64,000 nt of DNA from an uncultured Gemmatimonadales bacterium (GTDB lineage Bacteria; Gemmatimonadota; Gemmatimonadetes; Gemmatimonadales; GWC2-71-9): assembly GCA_963821525.1 (NCBI GenBank), contig CAWGED010000019.1, positions 1,046,096 through 1,110,095 of the forward strand, written 5' to 3'. Position numbers and translations under genes: made by a program. Under the pieces are notes generated by a model. The model worked only from the letters and a program-made list of their open reading frames with translations. It was not told where the DNA came from and ran no database searches. Numbering within the stretch: the stretch's first letter is position 1; the number at the start of each line of letters is the position of its first letter. Positions 31,982 through 41,356 of the stretch are shown here, in pieces.

Positions 31982-32667
31982 GGTGGGGTACTGTCCTCCT
32001 CCGATGCGGCGCCAAACTTTTCGCGCCGGAACTGGTTCAGCGTCCGCCGCAGCTGGCGGGCTCCGCCGACGGTTGGATACAAGTCAATCAAGCGGCGCAA
32101 CTCGGTCATGGCCCGACCCGGATCGGCCAGTCTGCGGTCGTAGAGCTCGACAAGGGCGAGGCCGATCTTGATGTCGTCCGCCGGCCGCAGCTGGCGGGTG
32201 TCGCGATAGTTGTGCAGCTCGAGTACCGCCATCCCGGGATTGGAAAGCGGCCCTGCGAGAATCGCGGCGCGCCGCACCAGGGCTTCCGCGTCGCCGTTCT
32301 CCCGTCGTGAACGCTCCAGGTACTCGCCGGCGGCCGCATCGTACAGCCCCCGCGCTGCCAGCGTCTCGATGCTCGCGTAACTCGCCCGGTACCGGACGAG
32401 CCCGGCGTTCTGCAGGATCTCGGCGCACAAATCGGTCATCGGTTCCAGGAAGCCGTCGAGCAGGCCGAACACCAGGCCGTAGATCGCCCAGAAGGCGCCG
32501 AGCAGGAGAACCGCACGAGGGGTGACTCCGGTGACCCACAGCAATAGTGCGACGAGAGTCGCGAAGAGCAGAATCCCGCCGGCAGCGAGCCGGAGAAGAC
32601 GGAAGGGATCCTGATCCTTGCTCGCGACGCGGGCGGAGAGCAGCGGAAGCATGCCGATGGCTGGCAC
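31978..32667 (-). CDS. Hypothetical membrane protein with TPR-like helical C-terminal domain
   Basis: Two TM segments then helical repeats; start uncertain. Confidence 0.6.
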   Translation of the reverse strand: MPAIGMLPLLSARVASKDQDPFRLLRLAAGGILLFATLVALLLWVTGVTPRAVLLLGAFWAIYGLVFGLLDGFLEPMTDLCAEILQNAGLVRYRASYASIETLAARGLYDAAAGEYLERSRRENGDAEALVRRAAILAGPLSNPGMAVLELHNYRDTRQLRPADDIKIGLALVELYDRRLADPGRAMTELRRLIDLYPTVGGARQLRRTLNQFRREKFGAASEEDSTPP

Positions 32668-32792
32668 AACTTAGGAGCGACGGGAGTGGTCGGCAAGCTT
32701 GCATTGAACGTCTCCGGCCCCGCGTTGTCGGCGATGAACAGAGGGCAGTACCTTATAATCCAGCACCGTCTCCCCTGTCCCACGGAGAGTTC

Positions 32793-33827
32793 GTGTCCGA
32801 GAGCGTTTCCCGGCGAGATTTCCTCGCCGCCTCCACCGCTATGCTCGCGCTCGGCCATGCACCGTCCACATTTCCAGGAGACGGGCCTCCCGCGATTCTT
32901 CGGGCTCGCGCCGCGCCGACGGTGGCAGTCTCCTCGTTTAACGGGCTAGCGGCTATTGCCAGGGCGGTCGAGCTGGCCGATTCCGGCGCCGACTCGCTCG
33001 ACGCAGTGGTGGAGGGAATCAAGCTGCAGGAGCTCGATCCGGAGGATGAATCGGCCGGTTACGGTGGGCTGCCCAACGAGGAAGGCGTCGTACAGCTCGA
33101 CGCATCGTGCATCCACGGTCCTACCGGCCGGGCCGGAGCGGTCGCAGCGCTGGAGGGGATCAGGACGCCGAGTGAGGTGGCCAAGCTGGTCCTCAAGTAC
33201 ACGAACCACACCCTGCTGGTCGGCCAGGGAGCGAAGCGGTTCGCGCTGTCCTACGGGTTCAAGGAGGAGGACCTGCTGACCGAGCGGTCGCGGCGAAAGT
33301 GGCTCACGTGGCGGGCGAATCACGACGCACATGACGACTGGACCGAGGATGGGATGCTTGCGTCCGGGTCTCCTGGAGCCGTCTATCTCAGCGTGGTGAA
33401 TACAGCTGGGGACATCGCATCCGCAACCAGCGCCAGTGGTCCGGCATGGAAGGCGCCCGGCTGTGCCGGGACCTCGCCTGTTGCTGGAGCGGTTCAATAC
33501 GTGGACAACGACGTGGGTGCCGCAGGGTCGAGCGGCTTGGGAGAACCCGGCATGATGGAGTGCGGCGGCTTCATCACGGTGGAGCACATGCGACGGGGGA
33601 TGCGGCCCACCGATGCGGCTCTGGAGACGCTGAAACGCATTGTGGCGAAGGCTCCGGCCCGCTTCCTTATGCGCGGCGGTCTGCCCAGATTCTCGCTCAC
33701 GCTTTACGCCGTGAACAAACGCGGTGAATTCGGCGCTGCATCGCTGTATCCGGGCAGGTACGCCGCGCATGATGGGCGGCGAGCGGCGGAACGCGATTCG
33801 GCCTACCTCTACGACAAGGCACTCTGA
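32793..33827 (+). CDS. Tat-exported glycosylasparaginase/Ntn-asparaginase homologue, probably inactive
   Basis: 'SRRDFL', 'GYGGLPNEEGVVQLDASC', 'TNHTLLVGQGA..FA'; catalytic motifs altered; RBS GGAG and TATAAT upstream. Confidence 0.85.
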   Translation: MSESVSRRDFLAASTAMLALGHAPSTFPGDGPPAILRARAAPTVAVSSFNGLAAIARAVELADSGADSLDAVVEGIKLQELDPEDESAGYGGLPNEEGVVQLDASCIHGPTGRAGAVAALEGIRTPSEVAKLVLKYTNHTLLVGQGAKRFALSYGFKEEDLLTERSRRKWLTWRANHDAHDDWTEDGMLASGSPGAVYLSVVNTAGDIASATSASGPAWKAPGCAGTSPVAGAVQYVDNDVGAAGSSGLGEPGMMECGGFITVEHMRRGMRPTDAALETLKRIVAKAPARFLMRGGLPRFSLTLYAVNKRGEFGAASLYPGRYAAHDGRRAAERDSAYLYDKAL

Positions 33828-34975
33828 TGCGGCGTATCTCGCGGGCAACACTCTGGGCGGTGGTTGTTTTCGCCGTCCCTCTGGCGGCCCAGGAGAGCAA
33901 GAACACCGCCCCATGGAAGGACAGTTTCTACCCGCTGTTCATTTCGCAGGCCAACGAGTTCCCTATTGTCGTGGTCCACTTCGAGGAGCGGAAGCAGGCC
34001 GACTACTTCGCCCGGTCGCCATTCGCCGGCCGGTTCCAGGTTGACATCGGCGGGGGAACGAAGGGCAGCCATTTCGCGCTGGTCGGATTCGATGCGCCGC
34101 TCCTGTGGAAGGACTGGCGATTCGCGGCCCGGGCCGGAGCGGCGAAGGCCGCGCGCTTCGGCTATTTCGGGCTGGGTAACAACACCAAATTCATAGAAGA
34201 CTCGGTCGACGACGATACCTCGCCGTTTTTCTATCGCATGAAGCGGAATCGTTACTTCGGCTCGGCCGAAATCAGCCGCCATATCCATGGTCCGTTCTAT
34301 ATCGCCGCCGCCGCGGATGTGGAGCACAGCATTCTGACCGACCTGCCGGAGAACTCCCTCTTCCGCCAGGACTTCGGGACCGGCGATGTGACCGATACGG
34401 ATGTCAGGGGCCGGCTCACCCTCGTGCTCGATACCCGAGACAATGAGTTCGATACCAAGAAGGGCGTCTTCGCGGAGGCGTCGGTGCAGGAAGGAAGCGG
34501 CGGCGATGGATACACCCGCTTTACCGGGGCGGTGCGAGGCTACGTACCGATCCGGGAAGGCACGACCCTCGCCGCGCGAGTCGCCGGGACGGGAATAACC
34601 GGTGATCCGCCGCTCAACGCCTTGTTCGAGATCCCGATCTGGGGCGTCAACGTAATCCAGGCGGTGGGTGGCGTGAACTCAAACCGGGGTTACGATTTCC
34701 AACGACTGACCGGAGAGGACGCTCTCATCTTCAACGCCGAGATTCGGCACGACTTGCTCAACCTTGGCGATTTCGGCGCATTCACGCTGGTCGGGTTCTT
34801 CGATGCCGGCCGCGTGTTCCAGGGCGAGCCGTTCAAATTGACCACCGAGGATATGAAAGTCGGGGGCGGAGGCGGGTTGGCGATTCGGGTGCTCCGGTTC
34901 ACGATCTGGACCTTTAACTTCGCGGGCGGCTCCGACGGCTTCAAGTTTACCGCTGGAACCGGATGGGCCTTCTAG
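33827..34975 (+). CDS. Omp85/BamA-TamA family beta-barrel without POTRA domains
   Basis: 'LVLDTRDNEFD..KG', 'RGY', 'F.DAGRVF', terminal 'GWAF'. Confidence 0.75.
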   Translation: MRRISRATLWAVVVFAVPLAAQESKNTAPWKDSFYPLFISQANEFPIVVVHFEERKQADYFARSPFAGRFQVDIGGGTKGSHFALVGFDAPLLWKDWRFAARAGAAKAARFGYFGLGNNTKFIEDSVDDDTSPFFYRMKRNRYFGSAEISRHIHGPFYIAAAADVEHSILTDLPENSLFRQDFGTGDVTDTDVRGRLTLVLDTRDNEFDTKKGVFAEASVQEGSGGDGYTRFTGAVRGYVPIREGTTLAARVAGTGITGDPPLNALFEIPIWGVNVIQAVGGVNSNRGYDFQRLTGEDALIFNAEIRHDLLNLGDFGAFTLVGFFDAGRVFQGEPFKLTTEDMKVGGGGGLAIRVLRFTIWTFNFAGGSDGFKFTAGTGWAF

Positions 34976-35001
34976 TCCGCGAGTCGCAGGATTGGCAGCT
35001 T

Positions 35002-35637
35002 ATGACCGCACCACGAAGCCCCCGCGACAGTAAGGCGACCCGGGAGCGCCTGCTACGGGCGGCGCTCGATCTCTTCACCACCGACGGGTTCCAGGGGACC
35101 ACCACCCCGACGCTCGCCTCGCGGGCTGGTATCGCTGAAGGAACCATCTACCGGCACTTCGCGAGCAAAGAGATCCTCTACAACGAAGCATACCGGGAGA
35201 GCCAGCGCTGGCTGGCGGGTTTGGTACGCGAAGTGGAGCATGAGCGGGGCTCGAAGACGCCGGAGCGACTGGCCCGGCTGGGCCGACGGCTCGTGGTCGC
35301 CGCGGCAGAAGATCCGGCCAAGGTCCGGATGGCACTCACGCCGCGCGACGCCCGATTCCTTGATGGACACAGCCGAGAGACTGCCCGGGAATTCCGCGAG
35401 TCGCTTCAGCACCTGGTGGCGACCGGCAAGTCGGACGGGCTGGTTCGTGCGGGGCCGGCCGATTTGTGGGGCGCGGTCTGGCTTGCGCTGATCAGCTTCG
35501 CGGCGGAACGGGTGAGCTCGAGAGAATGGGCGCCCGACCATCCTCAGGTCGGGCAGACGATCGAAGCGGCGTGGGAGGCTATTGCGGCCCGAAGTACGTC
35601 AGCTCGCGCGGATGCTCCAGTTGCTTCGACCATCTGA
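35002..35637 (+). CDS. TetR/AcrR family transcriptional regulator
   Basis: 'TRERLLRAALDLF..GF', 'AGIAEGTIYRHFASKE'. Confidence 0.9.
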   Translation: MTAPRSPRDSKATRERLLRAALDLFTTDGFQGTTTPTLASRAGIAEGTIYRHFASKEILYNEAYRESQRWLAGLVREVEHERGSKTPERLARLGRRLVVAAAEDPAKVRMALTPRDARFLDGHSRETAREFRESLQHLVATGKSDGLVRAGPADLWGAVWLALISFAAERVSSREWAPDHPQVGQTIEAAWEAIAARSTSARADAPVASTI

Positions 35638-36385
35638 GCGCGCGCGTCATCCCCCCTCCCAGCGGGCGCACGACGAACTGGTCTCCCACGCGATAAGCGA
35701 CGGAGTCGCTGCCCCAGCGAAGCGGCTCGGTCCCGGCTGAATCGAGCGGCTGTGACTCGCCGCCCAGACGGATACAAAGACCACCGCCACCCTCGCAGCT
35801 GACCACCTCGCCGGCGACGGGGTCACCCACCAGCACCGCGAGCGCCGAGTCCCCTGCTCCTCGCGCCTGCCCTTCCAATGCAGTGACGGACGGACTCCCT
35901 GGAGGAGCAGCGGCGGCCAGGACTCCGGTCGCCATCTTCACGTAGACCGTTCGAGAGTCAGGAGACCACGCGAGTCCCTCAGGCTCGGCACCGCCCGGCT
36001 CGGTCACGCGGCGCTCGGCGCCGTTGATCAGGTTCATGACCCAGACCGCGGCGGCGGCGCCGTCTCCCCGAACGAACGCGAGCATGGACCCGTCAGGATT
36101 GAGCCGCGGCAGGTGCTCGTTGAGCCGGGTAAAGGTCACCTGGAACACCGCACCACCACCAACCGGAGAGGCGAAAAGATCTCCGGTATCACCTTCCCCT
36201 TCGGCCGTGAAGACGACGTAGGGCTCCTGGCCGATCTTGAGCTTGTGGGAGAGGGGTGACAGTGAGCCGGTACAGGCGCGCAATCGGGAAAGAGCGTAAG
36301 AGGTGAGAAGTAGAAGTGAGAAGGTGAAAGCGGCGGAACCCTGCTCAGCGACGTGCGGGATTGGCGTACCCGTCTCACTGCTCAC
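35579..36385 (-). CDS. TolB/PD40-like beta-propeller probable lipoprotein; ends uncertain
   Basis: 'PRLNPDGSMLAF', 'AWSPDS', hydrophobic leader then Cys. Confidence 0.6.
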   Translation of the reverse strand: MSSETGTPIPHVAEQGSAAFTFSLLLLTSYALSRLRACTGSLSPLSHKLKIGQEPYVVFTAEGEGDTGDLFASPVGGGAVFQVTFTRLNEHLPRLNPDGSMLAFVRGDGAAAAVWVMNLINGAERRVTEPGGAEPEGLAWSPDSRTVYVKMATGVLAAAAPPGSPSVTALEGQARGAGDSALAVLVGDPVAGEVVSCEGGGGLCIRLGGESQPLDSAGTEPLRWGSDSVAYRVGDQFVVRPLGGGMTRALRWSKQLEHPRELTYFGPQ

Positions 36386-36401
36386 CGCTCACCGCTTACT
36401 T
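36374..36401. repeat. Heptamer (CTCACCG-type) tandem repeat, inverted copy at 40211-40238
   Basis: CTCACTGCTCACCGCTCACCGCTTACTT vs AAGTAAGCGGTGAGCAGTGAGCGGTGAG, 26/28 match as reverse complement. Confidence 0.8.
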
Positions 36402-36408
36402 GCTCTCG

Positions 36409-37986
36409 CTAGACTCGGACTAGCCACCAGCCATTCGGATCAACCACCACTTGCTTCGGTTGCGACTTCACCGACTGCAGAGTGACTCGAGTCTCCCGAC
36501 CCTCCACTTTCACCGGGTAGATCTTGCCGTCCACGGCGATGTCGAGATTGGGAAGGCGGTAGAGTCCCCAGGAGTCCTTCTGCTTCTGGGTAATCACAAG
36601 ATCCAGCGCTTTCCCGTGGTGCTTCCACTGGAGGTCGAGAATCGGATAGCCCGGTTGGGTGAGAGCCTGGGTGAAATACCAGGTGAGTGAAGTTCCCGCG
36701 GCCGCGTCCATCACCGCGGCAAACTGGCTCGAGAGGGCAGTACTGTCTCGATAGGTCTTGTAGTACTCCCTCATCCCCTTGAAGAACGCCGAGTCGCCGA
36801 TTAGCCCGCGCAGAGAGTGGAGAACCCACGCTCCCTTGGGGTAGTTGTTGGTGTTGAGCAGCCCCATCAGGTCGGTCGCAGCCGGATCGATGATGGGACG
36901 CTCGAGCGTCGCGGTATCCGCGAAGACCGCCTCGGCACCTTCTCGCATAGCGGCGCGAAAGGCGCTGTCGCCATCGGCATGGCCCAGCCAGAGTGCCGCG
37001 AAGTAGGTGGCGAAGCCTTCCGACAGCCAGAGATGATGCCAATCGCTCTCCGTGACCGCGTCACCGAACCATTGGTGGGCGGTCTCATGGGCTACAGTTT
37101 CCTCCCTCAACTTCTTTTCGCTGTACGCCTTGTCGGGGTAGAAGATCGCGGTGGGGTTTTCCATGCCACCGAAGATCGTGGTGGACTCCACATGAGAGAG
37201 ACGGTCGTAGGGAAACGGTCCTACCGTCTCGCTGAAGTAGTCGATCATGTCCCCCACGCGGTGGAACGGCCCCGTAACCGACCAGGCGGAATCCTCCGGA
37301 TAGGTCACCACCGCGAGGGGAACGCAGCGGATCCTGCATCCTCCATCCGGCAACGTCGTAGTTGCGAGCGGACCGGCACCGACGACCATTCCGTACACCG
37401 GTATGGGTTGCTTCATGCTGAAATTCCACACGCTCCGGCCCCGCGGCAGCGAGTCAATCCTTACCAGCACTCCGTTAGCGATGACTTTCATGCCGGGCGG
37501 TACCTCGACATGAAAATCCACCGTCGCCTTATCGCTCGGGTGATCCTGAGACGGCAGCCATTTGTGGGCTCGGTCCGGCCAGTTATCGGCGAAGATGACC
37601 CGCTTGCCATACTGATTGGTGCCGATGATGAGACCGTCTTTCACCGGCCCGTGATAGCGGACCATCGAGATCAGCGAATCTCCGGCCGCCTTGTCGTGCG
37701 GGAGATAGATGCCGTCCGCTTCCCGCGCATAGGTGGTGCGCGAGAGCCGGGTGTTCTCCTTGCCGTCGGCGAGGACACGAACCACTCGCAGGGCGGTATC
37801 GAGCTCGATCTCGAGCGGCTCATTGGAGCCGAGGCGCCAGGTCGTCTGCACCTGGCCCAGGATATGGGTGCTCGTATCGCCCAGTACCAGTGTCACGTCA
37901 TAGTGCAGGGCATCGTGAACCGGCCGAATGGTGTCGGGCCGGACGGCGAGCGGATCCTGCAGGGCCAGCAGGAGTGTCAGCAGCAT
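36409..37986 (-). CDS. M1 family zinc aminopeptidase
   Basis: 'GGMEN', 'HETAHQWFG...WLSEGFATY', 'YPKGAWVLH'. Confidence 0.95.
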   Translation of the reverse strand: MLLTLLLALQDPLAVRPDTIRPVHDALHYDVTLVLGDTSTHILGQVQTTWRLGSNEPLEIELDTALRVVRVLADGKENTRLSRTTYAREADGIYLPHDKAAGDSLISMVRYHGPVKDGLIIGTNQYGKRVIFADNWPDRAHKWLPSQDHPSDKATVDFHVEVPPGMKVIANGVLVRIDSLPRGRSVWNFSMKQPIPVYGMVVGAGPLATTTLPDGGCRIRCVPLAVVTYPEDSAWSVTGPFHRVGDMIDYFSETVGPFPYDRLSHVESTTIFGGMENPTAIFYPDKAYSEKKLREETVAHETAHQWFGDAVTESDWHHLWLSEGFATYFAALWLGHADGDSAFRAAMREGAEAVFADTATLERPIIDPAATDLMGLLNTNNYPKGAWVLHSLRGLIGDSAFFKGMREYYKTYRDSTALSSQFAAVMDAAAGTSLTWYFTQALTQPGYPILDLQWKHHGKALDLVITQKQKDSWGLYRLPNLDIAVDGKIYPVKVEGRETRVTLQSVKSQPKQVVVDPNGWWLVRV

Positions 37987-38002
37987 CGGTGCGGGCTCCG
38001 GG

Positions 38003-38296
38003 CTACGCTTCGATATCGACGGCCAGCTTGGCTTCGCGGATCGCTTCGAGGTGTTCGGCAACAACGCGGCGATGAACCGGATGGACGAGGTAGCGCTCCA
38101 GCGCCTCCAGGTCATCGAACGCAACGCTCAGAACATAGGGGTACTCGGCATTGCTGGGGCCCAGATTGGCGCCCCAGCGGATGTCGCGAATTTCCGGAAT
38201 CGGGCCTTTCATCTCGAGCAACGCCGCGGCAAGCGCCGCGATGGGCTCCGCAGCAGTGCCGGGCTTGAACCGGAGCAGCACCTGATGAAGGATCAT
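38003..38296 (-). CDS. Dabb family stress-responsive alpha/beta barrel protein
   Basis: 'HQVLLRFK', 'IPEI', 'F.D..AL..Y..HP.H'. Confidence 0.9.
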   Translation of the reverse strand: MILHQVLLRFKPGTAAEPIAALAAALLEMKGPIPEIRDIRWGANLGPSNAEYPYVLSVAFDDLEALERYLVHPVHRRVVAEHLEAIREAKLAVDIEA

Positions 38297-38302
38297 GAGG
38301 TG

Positions 38303-39101
38303 CTACTTGCCCAGCACTTCCTGGTAGAACCCCAGGATATCCGCCCACGCCTTGTCCACCGACGGGCTCTCCGAGCCCATCCGTCCCGGCTTGAGGAACC
38401 CGTGGCCGGTACCGGGATATTTCTTGTAACGGAAGGATTTCTTGGCTGCGTTCATCTGGCGCTCGACATCCGGCAATGACGCATCAATGCGCGCGTCGTC
38501 CTCTCCGTAAACGCCCAGCACGTGGGCTCCAATAGCGCGGATGGCGGTCGAATCGGGCGGCGGTCCGTAACAGACTACCGCGGCCTTGAGATTGCGATTC
38601 GCAGTGGCATAGGCGAACGATCGCCCCCCACCCCAGCAGAACCCTATCGTGCCGATGTCATCCGACCGGACCGACGGAAGGGATCCGAGGTATTTGTAGG
38701 CCGCATCGAGATCGCCGTTCACCTGATCGGGAGCCAGAAGGGCCGTCAACTTGCGTCCCGAATCCGGGTCAGCAGGACTGGCTCCGAAGCGGGGAGAGAG
38801 AAGATCCGGGACCACCGCGACATAACCGGCGCCTGCCAGCTTGTCCGCCACGGTGGGTTCCCAATCGGTCAGACCAAAGATTTCATGTATCACGATGATC
38901 GCGGGCGCCTTGTCCTTGCGCTCCGGATACGCCACATAGGCTCGAATCGAATCGCCGGCCGCGTTGGTGAACTTGACCCATTCACCGTGCGTCGTCGGCA
39001 AGCTGCCGTGACACGCCGGTCGCAAGCTTCCAGCCGCCCAGCAGGCCCGCGAGGAGACCTGCGGCAGCGATCGCTCCAGTAGTCGCCCATCTCGAACGCA
39101 T
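38303..39101 (-). CDS. Dienelactone hydrolase family; frameshift near 39000 after signal peptide
   Basis: 'HEIFGL', 'GFCWGG', 'HGF'; leader MRSRWATTGAIAAAGLL in another frame. Confidence 0.85.
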
Positions 39102-39123
39102 ACCTTTCCCCCTTCGGTTGTCG

Positions 39124-40209
39124 TTACTCGGCATATACACCTTCCAAGGCCGACTCGGGAGGAGGCAGCCTGTCCCGGTCGGCCAAGGCCTCTTCCGTCG
39201 CGGCTTCGACCGTTGCCGTAGCCTTCACCTCGATGCTCTCCAGCTCTGTGGATGGCACGCTTTGCTGGAGCAGCCAGCTCTCGTAGAGACCAATCGGATC
39301 CCGTTTACCCCAGTACTCGAACAGCTCGGCCGGGAAGGTGGCGCGAGCCTCCCGTTCATCGTGTGTCGCGTGCCCGCCCATCCGGAAGGTTTCGGCAAGC
39401 AGCATCACGGGACCTTCACCGCGACGGCAAGCCTCCACGGCGAGTTTGGTCGCGGCAAAGGCATCGAGCACGTTGTTGCCATCGAAGGCCCAGCCCGCCA
39501 TCCCGTAAGCGCCGGGCCAGCCCTCGAAGCTCTCGGCCGCATGGTGCTGATCCAGACGAGTTCCCAGCGCCACCTGATTGTTCTGAATGATGAAGACCAC
39601 GGGCGCCCGCTGCACCGCCGCGAAGTTGAGCCCTTCGTGGGCCACACCCGCCTTGGCGGATCCGTCGCCGACCCAGGTGACGGTAACCGCCGACTCTCCC
39701 CGCATCTTCGCCGCGAGCGCGATCCCCACACACACCGGCACCATGACCCCGACCGGAGAGATCGGCGGGATCACGTGATGCGGCATCGAGCCAATGTGCA
39801 GATCGCGGCCGCGTGATGGACCGTTGGCTGCCGCGAGATAGCCTCGGAAGACGTCGCCGATCGGCATGCCCATGTCTCCGCACGCGGATTGGTTGCGGAT
39901 CATCGGAGCGACGTAGTCAATCGCGGGGTCCAGGGCGAAGACGGGACCGACGGTGGAAGCCTCTTCCCCGGTGCCCAACCAGGCCTTCGAGATCACACCC
40001 TGCCGAACCCACCGCGACAGAGCGATGTCCTGCAGCCGAGCCAGCAGCAGGCGCTCGTAGAGCAGGAGAAAAGCGTCCCGAGGGAGGGTCGCGATCAAGT
40101 CCCGACGGTCGGGATCCCGCTCGATCGTCTTGCCGAATTCCTGAAGCAGCGCCGGATCAGCGGACCAGGAGACGTATTCGGGGGGATCGAAGGCGGGATA
40201 GCGTTTCAT
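39124..40209 (-). CDS. TPP-dependent 2-oxoacid dehydrogenase E1 alpha subunit
   Basis: 'GDG...HEGLNFAAV..APVVFIIQNN', 'DGNNV', 'RMGGHATHD', 'DPI'. Confidence 0.9.
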   Translation of the reverse strand: MKRYPAFDPPEYVSWSADPALLQEFGKTIERDPDRRDLIATLPRDAFLLLYERLLLARLQDIALSRWVRQGVISKAWLGTGEEASTVGPVFALDPAIDYVAPMIRNQSACGDMGMPIGDVFRGYLAAANGPSRGRDLHIGSMPHHVIPPISPVGVMVPVCVGIALAAKMRGESAVTVTWVGDGSAKAGVAHEGLNFAAVQRAPVVFIIQNNQVALGTRLDQHHAAESFEGWPGAYGMAGWAFDGNNVLDAFAATKLAVEACRRGEGPVMLLAETFRMGGHATHDEREARATFPAELFEYWGKRDPIGLYESWLLQQSVPSTELESIEVKATATVEAATEEALADRDRLPPPESALEGVYAE

Positions 40210-40261
40210 GAAGTAAGCGGTGAGCAGTGAGCGGTGAGCGGGGCGCTTACCGCTAACCCTC

Positions 40262-41356
40262 TCACTTCTTGAAGAGTCGGGCAAACACCCCACTCTCCTC
40301 GGCTCCTACCAACGCTTCACTCAAGGCCTGCATGGTTGGGAAACGATCGGCCGGTTCCAGCGACATCGCCCTTGTCAGAGCCACATCCAGTTTGGCGGGG
40401 AGTTCAGACCGCACGTCGCGGAGAGCCTTCGGCTTCCCGCGCAGCCGGGCAATCATCATCTCCTGCGCGTTCCGCCCCTGGAAGGGAAGCTGGCCGGTGA
40501 AGAGCTCGAAACCGAGGATGCCGAGGGCGTAGACATCGCTCCGGGCGTCGAGCGCCTTGCCCCTGATCTGCTCCGGGCTCATGAACTCGGGCGTCCCCAG
40601 AACGATCCCGGTTGCCGTCAGCTTCGCAATCTCCGGCTCGGCCCGTCGTTCCTTGGCCAGCCCGAAGTCCATCACCACGGCCCGGATTCCTCCCGGAGAA
40701 TGGGCATCGGGCACCAGCATGACGTTTTCCGGCTTCAGATCCCGGTGGATGATGTGCATGTCGTGGGCATGCTGGAGCCCGTGGCACATCTGGAGCATGA
40801 GTGGAATGCCGAGATCGAGCGGGAGCGGACCGTCGCGCACTTCGCGATCGCTCAGCAGCTCACCGGGGAGATAGGGCATCACCAGGTAGATCAGGCCGTC
40901 CTCGGTCTCTCCCAGCCGGATGATGCGGCACACGTTGAGGTGCTCGAGCCGCATCGCGAGCCCGGCTTCCCGGCGAAGCCGTTCGATCGAGCTGGTGTCT
41001 TCCTGGAGTCTGGGCGAAAGGACCTTGATCGCTACGGTTTCCTTCGATGAGTTATCCATCGCGAGGTACACGTACGACATTCCGCCTTCGCCCAGCTTCT
41101 TACCAACCTCATACCGATTATCGAGGACATGGTTGGTGAGGAGACTGGCCCGATCGTGCCGCGGACTGCGGGCACGGGCCGCCTCCCGGACCTGGGTCCG
41201 GATACCGACGCTGGTCTGCGAGGTCCCTGGACCGGGACCGGGAGGATGGGCGGCGGCGGCCGAACCCACTTCGACCAGCGGGGAACCGTCCTGAGGACAG
41301 AACCGCGCCGGATCGGGGTAGACCCGCTGGCACCGGGGGCAACGGCGGCTGCTCAA
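40262..41356 (-). CDS. Hanks-type Ser/Thr protein kinase with N-terminal zinc ribbon
   Basis: 'CPRC..FCPQDG'; GEGGMS, VAIK, HRDLKPEN, DFG, 'GTPEFMSPEQ'. Confidence 0.95.
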   Translation of the reverse strand: MSSRRCPRCQRVYPDPARFCPQDGSPLVEVGSAAAAHPPGPGPGTSQTSVGIRTQVREAARARSPRHDRASLLTNHVLDNRYEVGKKLGEGGMSYVYLAMDNSSKETVAIKVLSPRLQEDTSSIERLRREAGLAMRLEHLNVCRIIRLGETEDGLIYLVMPYLPGELLSDREVRDGPLPLDLGIPLMLQMCHGLQHAHDMHIIHRDLKPENVMLVPDAHSPGGIRAVVMDFGLAKERRAEPEIAKLTATGIVLGTPEFMSPEQIRGKALDARSDVYALGILGFELFTGQLPFQGRNAQEMMIARLRGKPKALRDVRSELPAKLDVALTRAMSLEPADRFPTMQALSEALVGAEESGVFARLFKK

